A DNA stretch of 63,989 nt, the filler included, from Octopus bimaculoides (lineage: Eukaryota): assembly GCF_001194135.2 (NCBI RefSeq). It is 7 parts of 6 records of this genome, joined end to end, with 100 filler letters (N's around TTAATTAATTAA, not from the genome) between each part and the next. Parts side by side here need not be neighbours in the genome. Positions count along the whole stretch, not along the records: positions 1 to 11,199 come from NC_069007.1; positions 11,300 to 22,280 come from NC_068982.1; 5 more parts are not named here. One strand, given 5' to 3'. The stretch's first letter is position 1. The number at the start of each line of letters is the position of its first letter. The position numbers were made by a program, and so were the translations under genes. Of this stretch, positions 1-14,171 are shown piece after piece. Under the pieces are notes generated by a model that did no database searches, had not been told where the DNA came from, and was given only the letters and a program-made list of their open reading frames with translations.

Positions 1-269
1 ATAATTTTTGTACACCACACACCCCAACGATTACAATCCCTATTGATTTGACTTTTCTTTGTGTGTCCCACCCAGCCCACCTCGAAAATGAAAAACTCTA
101 CGCTTGTATTTCGTCCAATTTCTGTGTTCAGCCCTGTGTGGCTATAATAAAAACATATCTATCTATCTATCTGTAAATGTCTGTCTGTCTCTCTGTCTCT
201 ATCTGTCTGTCTGTCTGTCTCTCTCTCTCTATCCATCTGTCTGTCTGTCTGCCTGTCTATCTATATGTA

Positions 270-305
<36 letters not shown>

Positions 306-1968
306 CACCTACCTACGCACGCACGCGCACACACGTATAATTTCCTTCTCTCTCTATGTATGTATATATATATATATTCAAAGTTTGGTCTTTAATATTT
401 TCAGTTATTAATTTATTGTAAATATAATGATTTTGTCGTTGAGATGCATGGTCGAGTGGTTAGAGTATCGGATTCGCGGGGGAGGTATCGCGTGTTCGAA
501 TCTCAGGCGCTGTGTGTGTTTAGGAGCGAAACCGCCTAAGCTCTACATTTTTTTTTTACCGACTTCGAAAAGATAAAAGGCAAAGTCGACCGTTGAGGAA
601 TTTGAACTGAGAACCTAAAAAGCCGAGAGACAGAGAGAGGGAAAGAGAAGGGTTGAAAGAGAGATAAACAGAATGAGAGAGAGAGAGAGACATAGACAGA
701 ATCGGAGACACGAAGACAGCGACAGAGAGAAAGACAGGAATGGAAAGACAGGAATGGAAAGACCGACAGAGAGAGAGAGAGAGAGAGAGATGGGGAGAGA
801 GATGGGGAGAGAGAGAGATGGGGAGAGAGAGAGATGGAGAGAGAGAGAGAGATGGGGAGAGAGAGAGAGAGATGGGGAGAGAGAGAGAGATGGTGAAAGA
901 TAGAGTGANNNNNNNNNNNNNNNNNNNNNNNNNNNNNNNNNNNNNNNNNNNNNNNNNNNNNNNNNNNNNNNNNNNNNNNNNNNNNNNNNNNNNNNNNNNN
1001 NAGAGAGAGAGAGAGATGGGGAGAGAGAGAGAGAGATGGGGAGAGAGAGAGAGATGGTGAAAGATAGAGTGAGAGAGAAGGAGAGAGATAGAGAGAGAAA
1101 AAGAGTGAGACACACATAGACTCAGAGAGAAGGAGAGAGAAAATAGAGAGAGAAAGATTAGAGCTAGAGTACAAGAGGCTAATTAAGACATGAAAAGGAG
1201 GAAAAGAAGTAAGGAAAGAGATAAGAAGAAAAACCGAGAGAGAAGCAGAGGGAAAGAGAGAAACACATTTACAGACACACACATAGATAGATATATATAT
1301 ATAGAGAGAGAGAGAGGGGGGAAGAAAGAGAGAGAGGAAGAAAAAAGAGGAAGAGAGAGATTATGGTAAGAACGACACACAACTCTAAATAAGAACCAAT
1401 CAAAATTGAGATGTGACCCAAAAGGTTGTTAGGAGAGGGATACGGGCAAGGGAGGTAATTACTGCTGGTTGTAAACTTACCCATTAACCCCCTCCGTCTG
1501 CCACCACCACCACCACCAATAACAACAGCAACAACAATAACAATAAACACAACAATATCAACGGAGTTTCTTCGTGGTTACGCCACATGCTAGAAATAAT
1601 AAGTAAAATCTCACTCAAATTGTATTTAGCGTTTTACAAAAGGATACATTGGACAGTGTGGTCGCCTGAGAAGACGGGATCGTCACGAGTGGACGCCTTT
1701 GAACATCGGTCCGTTCGTGAGTGGCTGACCTGGGGTTAAACAAAAACTATAGCAACCACTAATATCACCATCACAACCACCACCACCACCACCATTCCAC
1801 TTCCACCTTCCCCCACCAACACGTTCCGTTTCAGAAGAAATCTCATCTTTCGTAACTCTGTCAGAGAGTACTAGCCATTACTCCTGTTAAAGGAGTAGCA
1901 ATTGCACTCCAGGGACCATCATATATATATGTCTACATTATAAATACCGTACACCCCCACACACAAGT

Positions 1969-2017
<49 letters not shown>

Positions 2018-2110
2018 TGTATGTATGTACAGGTAGATAGATATATAGATAGATATACATATATATATACATATATATACACATATATATATACATATAT
2101 ATATATACAT

Positions 2111-2161
<51 letters not shown>

Positions 2162-2168
2162 CATATAT

Positions 2169-2199
<31 letters not shown>

Positions 2200-2701
2200 N
2201 NNNNNNNNNNNNNNNNNNNNNNNNNNNNNNNNNNNNNNNNNNNNNNNNNNNNNNNNNNNNNNNNNNNNNNNNNNNNNNNNNNNNNNNNNNNNNNNNNNNN
2301 NNNNNNNNNNNNNNNNNNNNNNNNNNNNNNNNNNNNNNNNNNNNNNNNNNNNNNNNNNNNNNNNNNNNNNNNNNNNNNNNNNNNNNNNNNNNNNNNNNNN
2401 NNNNNNNNNNNNNNNNNNNNNNNNNNNNNNNNNNNNNNNNNNNNNNNNNNNNNNNNNNNNNNNNNNNNNNNNNNNNNNNNNNNNNNNNNNNNNNNNNNNN
2501 NNNNNNNNNNNNNNNNNNNNNNNNNNNNNNNNNNNNNNNNNNNNNNNNNNNNNNNNNNTGTGTGTGTATGTGTATTTGGGTGTGTGTTTATTTTTATTCC
2601 GTAGTTTGTATATTTTTGGGCGTATATTTGTGTCTATGTAAAAATGCTGTTTAGGCACCATATATGTAAGTGTATGTATGCGTGTGTGTGTATATATATA
2701 T

Positions 2702-3300
2702 GCAGTGTCCATGCATTACTGGCTTGTGGAGCTTCGTCGACCAACTGGTGTCACGTGTAGGACGGATCTGGTTATCAGCCGAGTCCATCGTGAGCATCAA
2801 CCCGCCGCCTTCCTTTGGTCGGGAAGAAAAGACAGTTTTTCTCCGTCTGGTGGCTATGGCGAAGGAGGTGGTGTGGTGGACGAGATTGAAAGGCCTGAAG
2901 ACAGACACCTTGCTTTTCAGCCAAGCCCTCCACTTGAAAAGGAAAGTGAAAGTAGAGAGGGAAGTTCTGCCACCCACTTGTAAATTCGTTGAAGGATGGG
3001 CGAATGTGGCCAGAATGACTCGTGTGAATGGGCCTACTCTGAACTTTCATTTGTAAACCGAAGAAGGTGAGACGGAGAGAGATGCCTGCTGAGGTGAATC
3101 TGGCGATCAGGATAACCAGGATTTGTGGGGTTCCTCGGGTCCCACTTTGGGGAATTTCATTGTTTAATTGTATTGTTGATCGTCATTGTTATTTCATTGT
3201 TTACTCGATTTGGGGGGGAGGGGATTAAACCCCACGTCTCCCTAGTTTTGTATTGTCTCTATTTGTTCCTGTGTTCGGGCCTTGTGGCCAATAAAGAAAC
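2702..3300 (+). mobile_element. 5'-truncated Tx1/L1-clade-like LINE: ORF2 C-terminus plus 3' UTR
   Basis: Open frame QCPCITGLWSFVDQLV...LRLVAMAKEVVWWTRLKG...KVKVERE...FVEGW...HL* resembles Tx1-type ORF2 ends. AATAAA near 3290 followed by a (TTA)n tail. Confidence 0.65.
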
Positions 3301-3344
3301 GATTATTATTGTTACTATCATTATTATTGTTGTTGTTATTGTTA

Positions 3345-3381
<37 letters not shown>

Positions 3382-3546
3382 GTTGTTTTTTTTTCTTCTT
3401 TCTTCAAATTCTCTTCCATTTCTCGCCGAGTGTTTTCCGTACACCTAGGGCAGAGGAACTCGTTGTATGCATTCCCAGTCTACACACGCAAATTCACAGG
3501 TAAAACATGTATTTAAGAAAAGAAAAGAAAAAAAATATTATTATTA

Positions 3547-3592
<46 letters not shown>

Positions 3593-3600
3593 CATTATTA

Positions 3601-3673
<73 letters not shown>

Positions 3674-4005
3674 CATCATCATCATCATCGCCACACCAAC
3701 CACAACCAATGTTTATCATCATCATTATTAAAACATGCCACAACAACCATCCAATAAAACCCATCTGGATGAAATTAAATAGCGGGTTTGTGACAGCAAT
3801 GGCTGAAAAATATAACACTAGTTTAAAATGGCGCCTGGACGACTAGTGTGGATGATATATTCTCACAGCATGGAGAGGTTAGGCTTAATAGCTGCGTGGT
3901 AGAATATTTCGCACAAACACTTACTTAAACATTCTTGTATACACACACGCGCAGAGACATTAACGTACATACATACATACATACATACACGTAATAACAT
4001 ACATG

Positions 4006-4036
<31 letters not shown>

Positions 4037-4138
4037 TCACACGCAATAACATAAATATATACATACACATCTATAGCTATATATTAACACATGCTTATAA
4101 GTGTAATCAACACATTACTATACAGATACGACGAATAT

Positions 4139-4222
<84 letters not shown>

Positions 4223-4962
4223 NNNNNNNNNNNNNNNNNNNNNNNNNNNNNNNNNNNNNNNNNNNNNNNNNNNNNNNNNNNNNNNNNNNNNNNNNNNNNN
4301 NNNNNNNNNNNNNNNNNNNNNNNNNNNNNNNNNNNNNNNNNNNNNNNNNNNNNNNNNNNNNNNNNNNNNNNNNNNNNNNNNNNNNNNNNNNNNNNNNNNN
4401 NNNNNNNNNNNNNNNNNNNNNNNNNNNNNNNNNNNNNNNNNNNNNNNNNNNNNNNNNNNNNNNNNNNNNNNNNNNNNNNNNNNNNNNNNNNNNNNNNNNN
4501 NNNNNNNNNNNNNNNNNNNNNNNNNNNNNNNNNNNNNNNNNNNNNNNNNNNNNNNNNNNNNNNNNNNNNNNNNNNNNNNNNNNNNNNNNNNNNNNNNNNN
4601 NNNNNNNNNNNNNNNNNNNNNNNNNNNNNNNNNNNNNNNNNNNNNNNNNNNNNNNNNNNNNNNNNNNNNNNNNNNNNNNNNNNNNNNNNNNNNNNNNNNN
4701 NNNNNNNNNNNNNNNNNNNNNNNNNNNNNNNNNNNNNNNNNNNNNNNNNNNNNNNNNNNNNNNNNNNNNNNNNNNNNNNNNNNNNNNNNNNNNNNNNNNN
4801 NNNNNNNNNNNNNNNNNNNNNNNNNNNNNNNNNNNNNNNNNNNNNNNNNNNNNNNNNNNNNNNNNNNNNNNNNNNNNNNNNNNNNNTAATAAACGGCAAC
4901 TCACATAATCCAGGCACTCAGAAGTATAAAGAAGAAAAAAATAACCACCACCAAACACCACA

Positions 4963-5059
<97 letters not shown>

Positions 5060-6826
5060 AAGAAGAAGAAGAAGAAGAAGAAGAAGAAGAAGAAGAATGA
5101 AATAAAGACAAATAAATAAATAAACAGTTGGCGGCACTTGTTACGAGTTTCTCGAAGTTTCTAGAATGTTCGTTTGGTTTTGGAAACAGCAGGAAAAATG
5201 AATAAATAAATGAATAAATGAATTGATTAATTAGAATGACATAAATAATTTAACGATCAAATCACAAAATTAACAAACTAAAAATAAATAAATAAAGGAG
5301 AGAAAACGATGCAAAAAAAAATACTTTAAAAATAATTATCCGTAAAGAACTAATAAGATAAGGTGGGAAAATCATTAATAAAGATTTAAACCACGGCCAA
5401 CACACTATTCACATGTCTCTTCGATATAACATATTGGTAACTATGTGTGTGTATGTGTGTATGTATGCGTTTGGAAATGCATTTGTGTCTGTGTATGCAC
5501 ACAAACACACATACACTCACTCACAAATAAACACTCATAATGACAAATATAAAAGAATGGAGTTGGCAAATATTTTTAGTACGTCATTTACAATTGTTTC
5601 ATCACTTTACAATGTAAGATGCATAGTTACTTCTCTTTGTTTATTTTTAGGGTTACGAAGGTAAGGAATATGGATATTTTGATGGAATTGGGTATCATTT
5701 CGAGAATTAACTGTGGAAGCAGCAAAGTTGACCTCGATGGAATTTGAACTTAGAACGTAAAGAGAGACAAAATACCGCTAGGCATTTCATCCGGCGTTTT
5801 AACGTTTCTTATTTCTTTACTGCCCACAGGGGGCTACACACAGAGGGGACAAACAAGGACAGACAAACGAATTAAGTCGATTACATCGACCCCAGTACGC
5901 AACTGGTACTTAATTTATCGACTCTGAAAGGATGAAAGACGAAGTCGACCTCGGCGGAATTTGAACTCAGAACGTAAAGACAGACAAGATACCGCTACGC
6001 ACTTCGCCCGGCGTGCTAACCATTCTGCCAGCTCCTCACCCTTGTTTCACTGAGATATATCGTATTAGAAATTCCTGTCCGGACTTTTGAATCTGTCAAA
6101 CCAATCAAAACTAGCAGAGAACCGACAAGCAGGAACAATTCTCATCAGTTCCTACTGAAATCTCATTTCCTTTCGAGAAATTCCTTTCTTTAATCGCAGA
6201 GAAGACACTCAAAGATTTAAATTTTAAATTCCTTGATGCTTCGTGGCTTTTCCTTTTTTTTTTTTCTTTTAGACAAAAGACGAATATCTCATAAACACTG
6301 TTTCCATACCATATTCGTTGTCAACCGGAAGCTGATTCTGCTTTACTATTTGCTCTCATTTTTCTCTCTCATAATCGTTCACACTGTTGCTTCATTCCTG
6401 CCTGAGGTTTTGCTTTGTCTTTTTTTGTTTTTTGTTGTCTTTAATTTTGTTTTGGCTTGTTGTCACCTTTTTCATATATTTTCATAACTTCCAGTCTTCT
6501 TCTTCTTCTTTGTTTTTTGTTGTTCTTTTTCTTCTCGTATGTGTATGTGCGCGCGCATATACATACATATATATGTATTATATATGTATATATATGTATA
6601 TATGTATGTATATATATGTGTGGTTGTGTGTATGTATGTATATATATGTATATGTATGTATGTATGTATGTATGTGTATATATGTATGTATATTTTTCCA
6701 AAATCTAATTGTCTTCCATACTTAGAGTTGAAAAGTCCCAATGACTGAAACCGGGACTGAAATGGTTTTTATAAAATTATTTTAGCATTTTCTACCTTGA
6801 CTTTCTCCACACACACACACACACAC

Positions 6827-6857
<31 letters not shown>

Positions 6858-8189
6858 TGTATGTATGTATGTATGTATGTATGTATGTATGTATGTATAT
6901 ATATATATATATACTATGGAATTCATTCAGTTTCCGTTTAGCAAACCCACTCACAAGACTTTGTTCGGCCCAAGGCTATAACAGAAGATATTTTGCCCAA
7001 GGTACCATGCAGTGGGACTGAACCACGTGGTTGGGAAGCAAGCTTCTTACCGCAAACCATTATTGAGAACTTTCCACAATTTAGTTCGAGTGAAGAACTG
7101 AAATGGCACTTTAGATGCCGGCTGCGGTCGTTTGTGGTTAGTCGTTAGAAGGGGTGGGTGTTAAAGCTTCGGAATCCTGCTGAGATAATCCAAATCTGTT
7201 TGACCAGTTCCAACTGGATTACTCGAATCCACAGTTATGGACGTAAAGAAACTGCATTTGCGAACCGAGATCTGCAAAACAAAATGTATGACTCTATAGA
7301 GAGAAATTAGAATCATCGTCACCATCATCATTATCATCGTCGTCTTCGTCCCCGTCGTCATCTTCAACAGCAACATCATCATCACCATCACCATCACCAT
7401 CACCATCGCTGTCATCATTATCTTTAATAGCTGCAACAACAACAACATCACCATCATCGTCAGTAGCAACAGCAAGATCAACAGTATTCCCATCATCATC
7501 ATCATCACCATCGTCGTCGTCGTCGTCGTCATCATAATTATCGCCACCACTGTCCTCGTTCTCCTCGCCCTCCTCATCATCATTAGCATCATCATTATCA
7601 GCAACAACGACAACAACAACAACAACAATCACAGCTATTTCTCAGCTCAACAGATACCGATTATCTGTGTATGTGTGGTGGTGGCGGAGGGTGTCTCTAA
7701 TTTACAACCGATCGTCTCTCCAACGCAACCGAAGGCAACCGCAAACATGGCGACTGCATCAAATACATGGGAAACGCTGCAGTTACACAGAGAGAGGGCA
7801 GCAGATACGTTCAGCACGATTATTATAAACATATGAAAAAGCGGAGAAGAAATAGAAGAAGAAGAAGAAGAAGAAGAATAGGAAAACCTGCTCAACTCCA
7901 ATTACGAACCAGAAAATGCCAACCTCATAAAAAGCGGAGTCAATTTTAAACCCCGATTCACTCGAAACAAAACTAAATTCAACAGGAAAAACAAAAAAAG
8001 GGAAGGAAAAAATACAGTCAACATCGAATAAGTAAACAAGGAACTAATATACTAAATAAATAAATAAATAAATAGATGAATAAATAAATAAATGATAGAA
8101 AAAAATAAGAAAAACAAAATCCTGTATGCAACATTTGTATCCGACACAAGACACCAAATAGATAGGAAAACACTGCAAAGTTTAGATGA

Positions 8190-8244
8190 GGCGTCGTCGT
8201 CGTCGTCGTCGCCATCATCATCATCATCACCATCAGCATCATCG

Positions 8245-8276
<32 letters not shown>

Positions 8277-8373
8277 GTCATGATCATCATCGTTATCGTC
8301 GTCGTCGTTGTCATCAGTAACAGCAGCCATCATCATCATCGTCATCATCATCATCGTCATCATCATCATCGTC

Positions 8374-8405
<32 letters not shown>

Positions 8406-8454
8406 CATCATCACCATCATCATCACCATCATCATCATCACCATCATCATCAGC

Positions 8455-8486
<32 letters not shown>

Positions 8487-8517
8487 CGTCATCATCATCA
8501 TCATCATCATCATCGTC

Positions 8518-8562
<45 letters not shown>

Positions 8563-8585
8563 TTCATCATCATCATCACCACCAT
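8190..8585. repeat. Long imperfect (CAT/CAC/CGT)n microsatellite
   Basis: Directly visible. Representative of dozens of (TA)n, (CA)n, (GA)n, (TATG)n, (TAA)n, (GAA)n and (GGT)n tracts across the window. Confidence 0.97.
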
Positions 8586-8766
8586 CAACTCCTCTCAACA
8601 CATGGCTATGATGCTCCCTCACTATTACTTCTGCTCGTGCTCAGAGATGCACATATCGTCAGCCACCAAGGGACATGCTCAACTGGTTAAAGTCTGACAA
8701 GCAAATCTGTCCTGTTGAGCAGAATATTTGCTGTAGCTCATCTTTTATACGAAGACAATTATTATT

Positions 8767-8837
<71 letters not shown>

Positions 8838-8907
8838 GAGGCAGCGAACTGGCAGAATCATTAACACGTCGGACAAAATGCTCAGCAGTATTTGATCCGT
8901 TTTTACG

Positions 8908-8958
<51 letters not shown>

Positions 8959-9584
8959 ATTCTTTGATCGGAACCGAACTCTACCGTCTCCAAGTATTGC
9001 AATTTCAATTAATTCACTCGGTTTTATTTTTATAATTCTGCTGACTGCAACACACCATCAATTCTCTTCCCTGTTATATTTCGCAATTGGATGACGAAAT
9101 CTCAACTGATTTCAACGTCCTTACTCAAAATTATATTGAGAAACTGGTAGTCAAAAGCAGTTTCATGTTTTTCTAATTTACATTCTCTCTTTCTTCCCCC
9201 CCCCTCTCTCTCTCCATAATCCCCAGAGGACGATTCGGGCAACACAACCAAGCGTTCTCCCATCTATTCATCCTGAATCAATTTACACCATTCGTTTCTT
9301 GAATGTTCTAAACGTTCACTAAAATACATGACAAAATCCTTTGCACTATTCAGCTGTTTTCTATTTCCGTTCAAGTCGATCCTTGTTTTTTTTCTTAAAC
9401 CATTGCTGATCGATGATATACGCCTCGGTCCCTTACGGATTGAGAGCACCTTTCCTCAAAATGTGTGGCTTTAAGCCCTCATCAATTTCTTCAAATATCA
9501 TTTGAAGGTGATCAGCAGCAAATTGCAGAAACCTCATACGTCTTCTAACGAAGGGAGAGTCTATTATTGTCATTGTTGTTGTTG

Positions 9585-9644
<60 letters not shown>

Positions 9645-9886
9645 ATTATTATTATTCATATCGGTGAGCTGGCAGAACTGTTAGCACGCTGGACGAAATG
9701 CTTAGCGGCATTGCGTCCCACCCCCACCCCTTACGTTCTGTGTTCAAATTCCACCGATGTCGACTTTGCGTGCTATCCTTTCCGGGTCAATAAATTAAGT
9801 ACCAGCTGCACGCTAAAGTCGATGTATGTAATCGACTTGCCCCTTTCTCCGACAGTGGTGGCCTTGGACCAAAATTTTGAAATCAC

Positions 9887-9917
<31 letters not shown>

Positions 9918-11434
9918 GTTATGATCATTATTATTATTATTATTATTATTATTAAATTATTAATGCTTGTCGTTTGCATTTTTCGGTACAAAATTCCGTC
10001 CTCATCAACCCCCCACGTCCCCTCCTCTTTGCTCACAGACACGCCGCCACCACCACCACCACCACCACCATACTAGTATCCCGCCAAAATAACTAAATAA
10101 ATATATAAATGAATAATGATGGAATCAATACCTACCAACTCGAAATCTGCCCAGGGTGCGCACTNNNNNNNNNNNNNNNNNNNNNNNNNNNNNNNNNNNN
10201 NNNNNNNNNNNNNNNNNNNNNNNNNNNNNNNNNNNNNNNNNNNNNNNNNNNNNNNNNNNNNNNNNNNNNNNNNNNNNNNNNNNNNNNNNNNNNNNNNNNN
10301 NNNNNNNNNNNNNNNNNNNNNNNNNNNNNNNNNNNNNNNNNNNNNNNNNNNNNNNNNNNNNNNNNNNNNNNNNNNNNNNNNNNNNNNNNNNNNNNNNNNN
10401 NNNNNNNNNNNNNNNNNNNNNNNNNNNNNNNNNNNNNNNNNNNNNNNNNNNNNNNNNNNNNNNNNNNNNNNNNNNNNNNNNNNNNNNNNNNNNNNNNNNN
10501 NNNNNNNNNNNNNNNNNNNNNNNNNNNNNNNNNNNNNNNNNNNNNNNNNNNNNNNNNNNNNNNNNNNNNNNNNNNNNNNNNNNNNNNNNNNNNNNNNNNN
10601 NNNNNNNNNNNNNNNNNNNNNNNNNNNNNNNNNNNNNNNNNNNNNNNNNNNNNNNNNNNNNNNNNNNNNNNNNNNNNNNNNNNNNNNNNNNNNNNNNNNN
10701 NNNNNNNNNNNNNNNNAAGTCGGGACATTTTTTCGGGGGGAAAATTGAGAGTCGTGAGAATTCTTTTCTCAGACAGGATTTTCTGTTGGAATGGTGAAAG
10801 TGATAATGGATAGAAGGCGGCGACGGTGGCGGAGACGGTGGTGGTCCTCGTCGTCGTTGTCGTCGTGGGGACGGTGGAGATAGTGGAGGTGCTGTTCTTC
10901 CTTGTAAGAATTGTAGTAGTGGTGGCGCTAGTATGGTGGTGCTTGTGGTGGTGGTAGCAGTAGTGCTGATGGTGATAGCAATGGCTGTGGTACTGCTAAT
11001 GGTATATATATAGTGGTTGTGTTGTGGTGGTGGTGGTTGTGGTGGTGGTGGTTGTGGTGGTAGTAGTCAATGTGGTGGGGAGAATGGTTGAGATGGTAGA
11101 GGTGTTGCTTGTAGCGGTTGTAGTAGTGGTGATAGCAGCGGCTGTGGTACTGTTAATGGTTTACATATAGTGGTAGTGGTGGTGGTGGTGGTGGTGGTAN
11201 NNNNNNNNNNNNNNNNNNNNNNNNNNNNNNNNNNNNNNNNNNNTTAATTAATTAANNNNNNNNNNNNNNNNNNNNNNNNNNNNNNNNNNNNNNNNNNNNG
11301 GCATCCAGCTGTAGAAACTCTGCCAAATTAGATTAGAGCCTGGTGTAGCCATCCGGTTGCACCAGTCCTCAGTCAAATCGTCCAACCCATGCTAGCATTG
11401 AAAGCGGACGTTAAACGATGATGATGATACATAC

Positions 11435-11468
<34 letters not shown>

Positions 11469-11481
11469 GCATATGTATGTA

Positions 11482-12490
11482 TATGGCAGTGAAACATGGG
11501 CAGTGACTGCTGAGGACATGCATAAACTTGCAAGGAACAAAGCCAGTATGTTCCACTGGATGTGTAATGTCAGTGTGCATACACGACAGAGTGTAAGCGC
11601 CCTGAGAGAAAAGTTGGACTCAAGAAGCATCAGATGTGGTGTGCAAGAGAGACAACTGCACTGGTATGGTCATGTGTTGCGAATGGATAAGGACAGCTGT
11701 GTGAAAAAGTGTTACACCCTAGCAGTAGAGGGAACTTGTGGAAGAGGTAGACCCAGGGAGACCTAGGATGAGGTGGTGAAGCATGACCTTCGAACATTGA
11801 GCCTCACCGAGGCAATGACTAGTGACCAAGCGCTTTGGAGATATGCTATATTTGAGAAGACCCAAGAAGCCAAATGAGATCGTAACCCATGGCATATGCC
11901 AGTGGTGTATAACCAGCCCACTAATGAGTACCCTTCATTCATTGGATAATAAACTTTGCTTGCAAAGACCTGTTGAGGTAAGTGAAATCAAAATTGCTGA
12001 CATGGCCGATGACAGTACCTCCTGATTGGCACTCATGCCAGTGGAACATTAAAAGCACCATCTGAGTGTGATTGTTGCCAGGGCCGCTGACTAGCTCCCA
12101 TGCCAGTGGCATGTAAAAAGCACCATTTGTGTGTGATCGTTGCCAACGTTGCCTTACTGGCACATGTGCTGGTGGCATGTGAAAAACAACATTCGAGCGT
12201 GGTTGTTGCCAGTGCCGCTAGACTGGCTCCTGTGCAGGTGGCACATTAAAAACAGCTTTTGAGTGTGGTTGTTGCCAGTACCACTTGACTGGCCCTTGTG
12301 CTGGTGGCATGTAAAAGCACTCACTACACTCTCGGAGTGGTTGGCGTTAGGAAGGGCATCCAGATGTAGAAACTTTGCCAGATCAGACTGGAGCCTGGTG
12401 CAGCCTTCTGGCTCACCAGTCCTCAGTCGAACTGTCCAACCCATGCCAGCATGGAAAATGAATGTTAAACGACGATGACGATGATGATGA
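11482..12490 (+). mobile_element. RTE-clade LINE 3' end with long 3' UTR and (GAT)n tail
   Basis: YGSETWAVT...RQLHWYGHVLRMDKDSCVKKC...GRGRPRET is the typical RTE C-terminus. The UTR has internal ~60-bp repeats and ends in the AAGGGCATCCAG...CCATGCCAGCATGG tail unit. Confidence 0.85.
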
Positions 12491-12506
12491 TAAATATATG
12501 TATATA

Positions 12507-12609
<103 letters not shown>

Positions 12610-14114
12610 TTCAAGCTTTTTTCCAGTTTCCATCAACCAAATTCACTCTCGAGTCTTCAGTTGGTTTGGAGCTGAGTAAAAGCCTCTTGTCCCAAGGCAA
12701 CATACAGTTGGACTGAATCTGAAATCCTACTTGTGAAGCAAATGTCTTGAGCACACAGCCACACCTGCACCTATTTATTTGAATTTTTAGCCAATAAGAT
12801 TAGCTGACAAAGATATAAGAAGAATACAAGAGCAAATTCACCCACACAAATACCACACAGTAAAAAAAAAAAAATAACAACCAGAAATCACATAAATGTT
12901 TCAACAAAATACATCCATAGTTAAAGAATGGATCTAAATGTTATTGAAAAAACACATGAAACTGAAGAGAATGTGTTGTATCTAAGCATAAAAACAGTTG
13001 TTCAAATAAACATAGTTTTCCTAGTGATGGCAGCTGACACAAAGAAGATAATAATTTCTTCATAATATTAGGAGGGATTTGGAAACTGAATTGAAATTAA
13101 GGAATTATGAGGGAAAAGATGCATAGAATTCACATATTTAATTTTGTTGCTCACTTATAAAATTCTTACAATGTCAAGTTGCTGGTAATTATGTATAGTA
13201 CTATTTTGTTCCTTTTAGATGTAGTCAGAATGATATAACTTGTGACTTGCTTTAGGAAATGAGACATTTCATTAAAAATGAAAATTATTGCAATCTGGTG
13301 GTAATTTATGGAACATGTTTATTTTCTTTTCTTCATAGAATGCTAGTAGTTTCAGAATCAATAGAAAAGAGAAAATGTTCTTAAAGTTTATGTATAGAAT
13401 AACACAGAATAATAGCTGTTTCTAGAGGAAATAGAATGAAAATGTTCTCATCAATGTGAAGCCACAAACTTGCAAACAATAGAATATGACTTAAACAGTT
13501 ACAGGAAACATGAAAGTACAGCACACTTTCATTTGTAGTCCTTGCATTTACATCAAAGAATCATTTCGGGGCATTATAATACAGTACATGAAACAAAACT
13601 TAATAGAAAATTATTAGTTGATGGCACCACTATCTTTTTTTTTTTTTAGAATTCCACAAAAATGAGATGGTTAAATATGAAAGTGTTACTAACAGTAAAA
13701 TAATATATAAACCAAACACCAATTCAAAGATATATACATAAAATAAACATTGAAAGTTACCAGTCATGGACTGTTTTAACATTTATCTTTTACTTGTTAC
13801 AGTAATTGAACTGTGGGTATGTTGTGGCACTGCCTTGAAGTGTTTAGTGGAACAAATCCACCCCAGTATTTATTTTTTAAGTCTGGTTCGTATCTTACCT
13901 GTCACCTATGACAAACTGCTAAGTTATGGGTGATGTAATCAAAACGCCAATTGTAAAGCTGTAGTGGGTGACAAACATAAAGAAACTCACACACACACAC
14001 ATGCATACATACATGCATGCATGCATGCATACATACATGCATACATACTTACATGCATACATATATGCATATATACATACTTACATACTTACATGCATAC
14101 ATATNNNNNNNNNN

Positions 14115-14171
<57 letters not shown>

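Noticed and set aside
440-510. tRNA-like sequence with A and B boxes (also the 32790-32854 head)
   Set aside because: Continues into SINE body sequence and lacks a convincing cloverleaf; a SINE head, not a tRNA gene.
7294-7632. Acidic Asp/Gly-rich ORF resembling a biomineral protein
   Set aside because: Compound GAT/GAC/GGT triplet repeat without a signal peptide or exon boundaries.
8244-8690. Poly-His / poly-Asp / poly-Met ORFs, and similar YI-, CV-, RE- and LS-repeat ORFs throughout
   Set aside because: Translations of microsatellites, which lack stops in several frames by construction. No splice or domain support.
10109-10813. Long ORFs made mostly of X (also ~4.0-5.1, 26.1-26.9, 27.5-28.2, 29.1-29.8, 31.4-32.1 and 62.2-63.1 kb)
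   Set aside because: They run through N gaps; artefacts of the ORF caller.
11244-11255. Recurrent TTAATTAATTAA motif (six times)
   Set aside because: Always centred in a 44N-12-44N spacer; an artificial scaffolding marker.
11940-12330. Regularly spaced repeats superficially like a CRISPR array
   Set aside because: Degenerate whole-unit tandem repeats inside an RTE 3' UTR in a eukaryotic genome; no unique spacers or cas genes.
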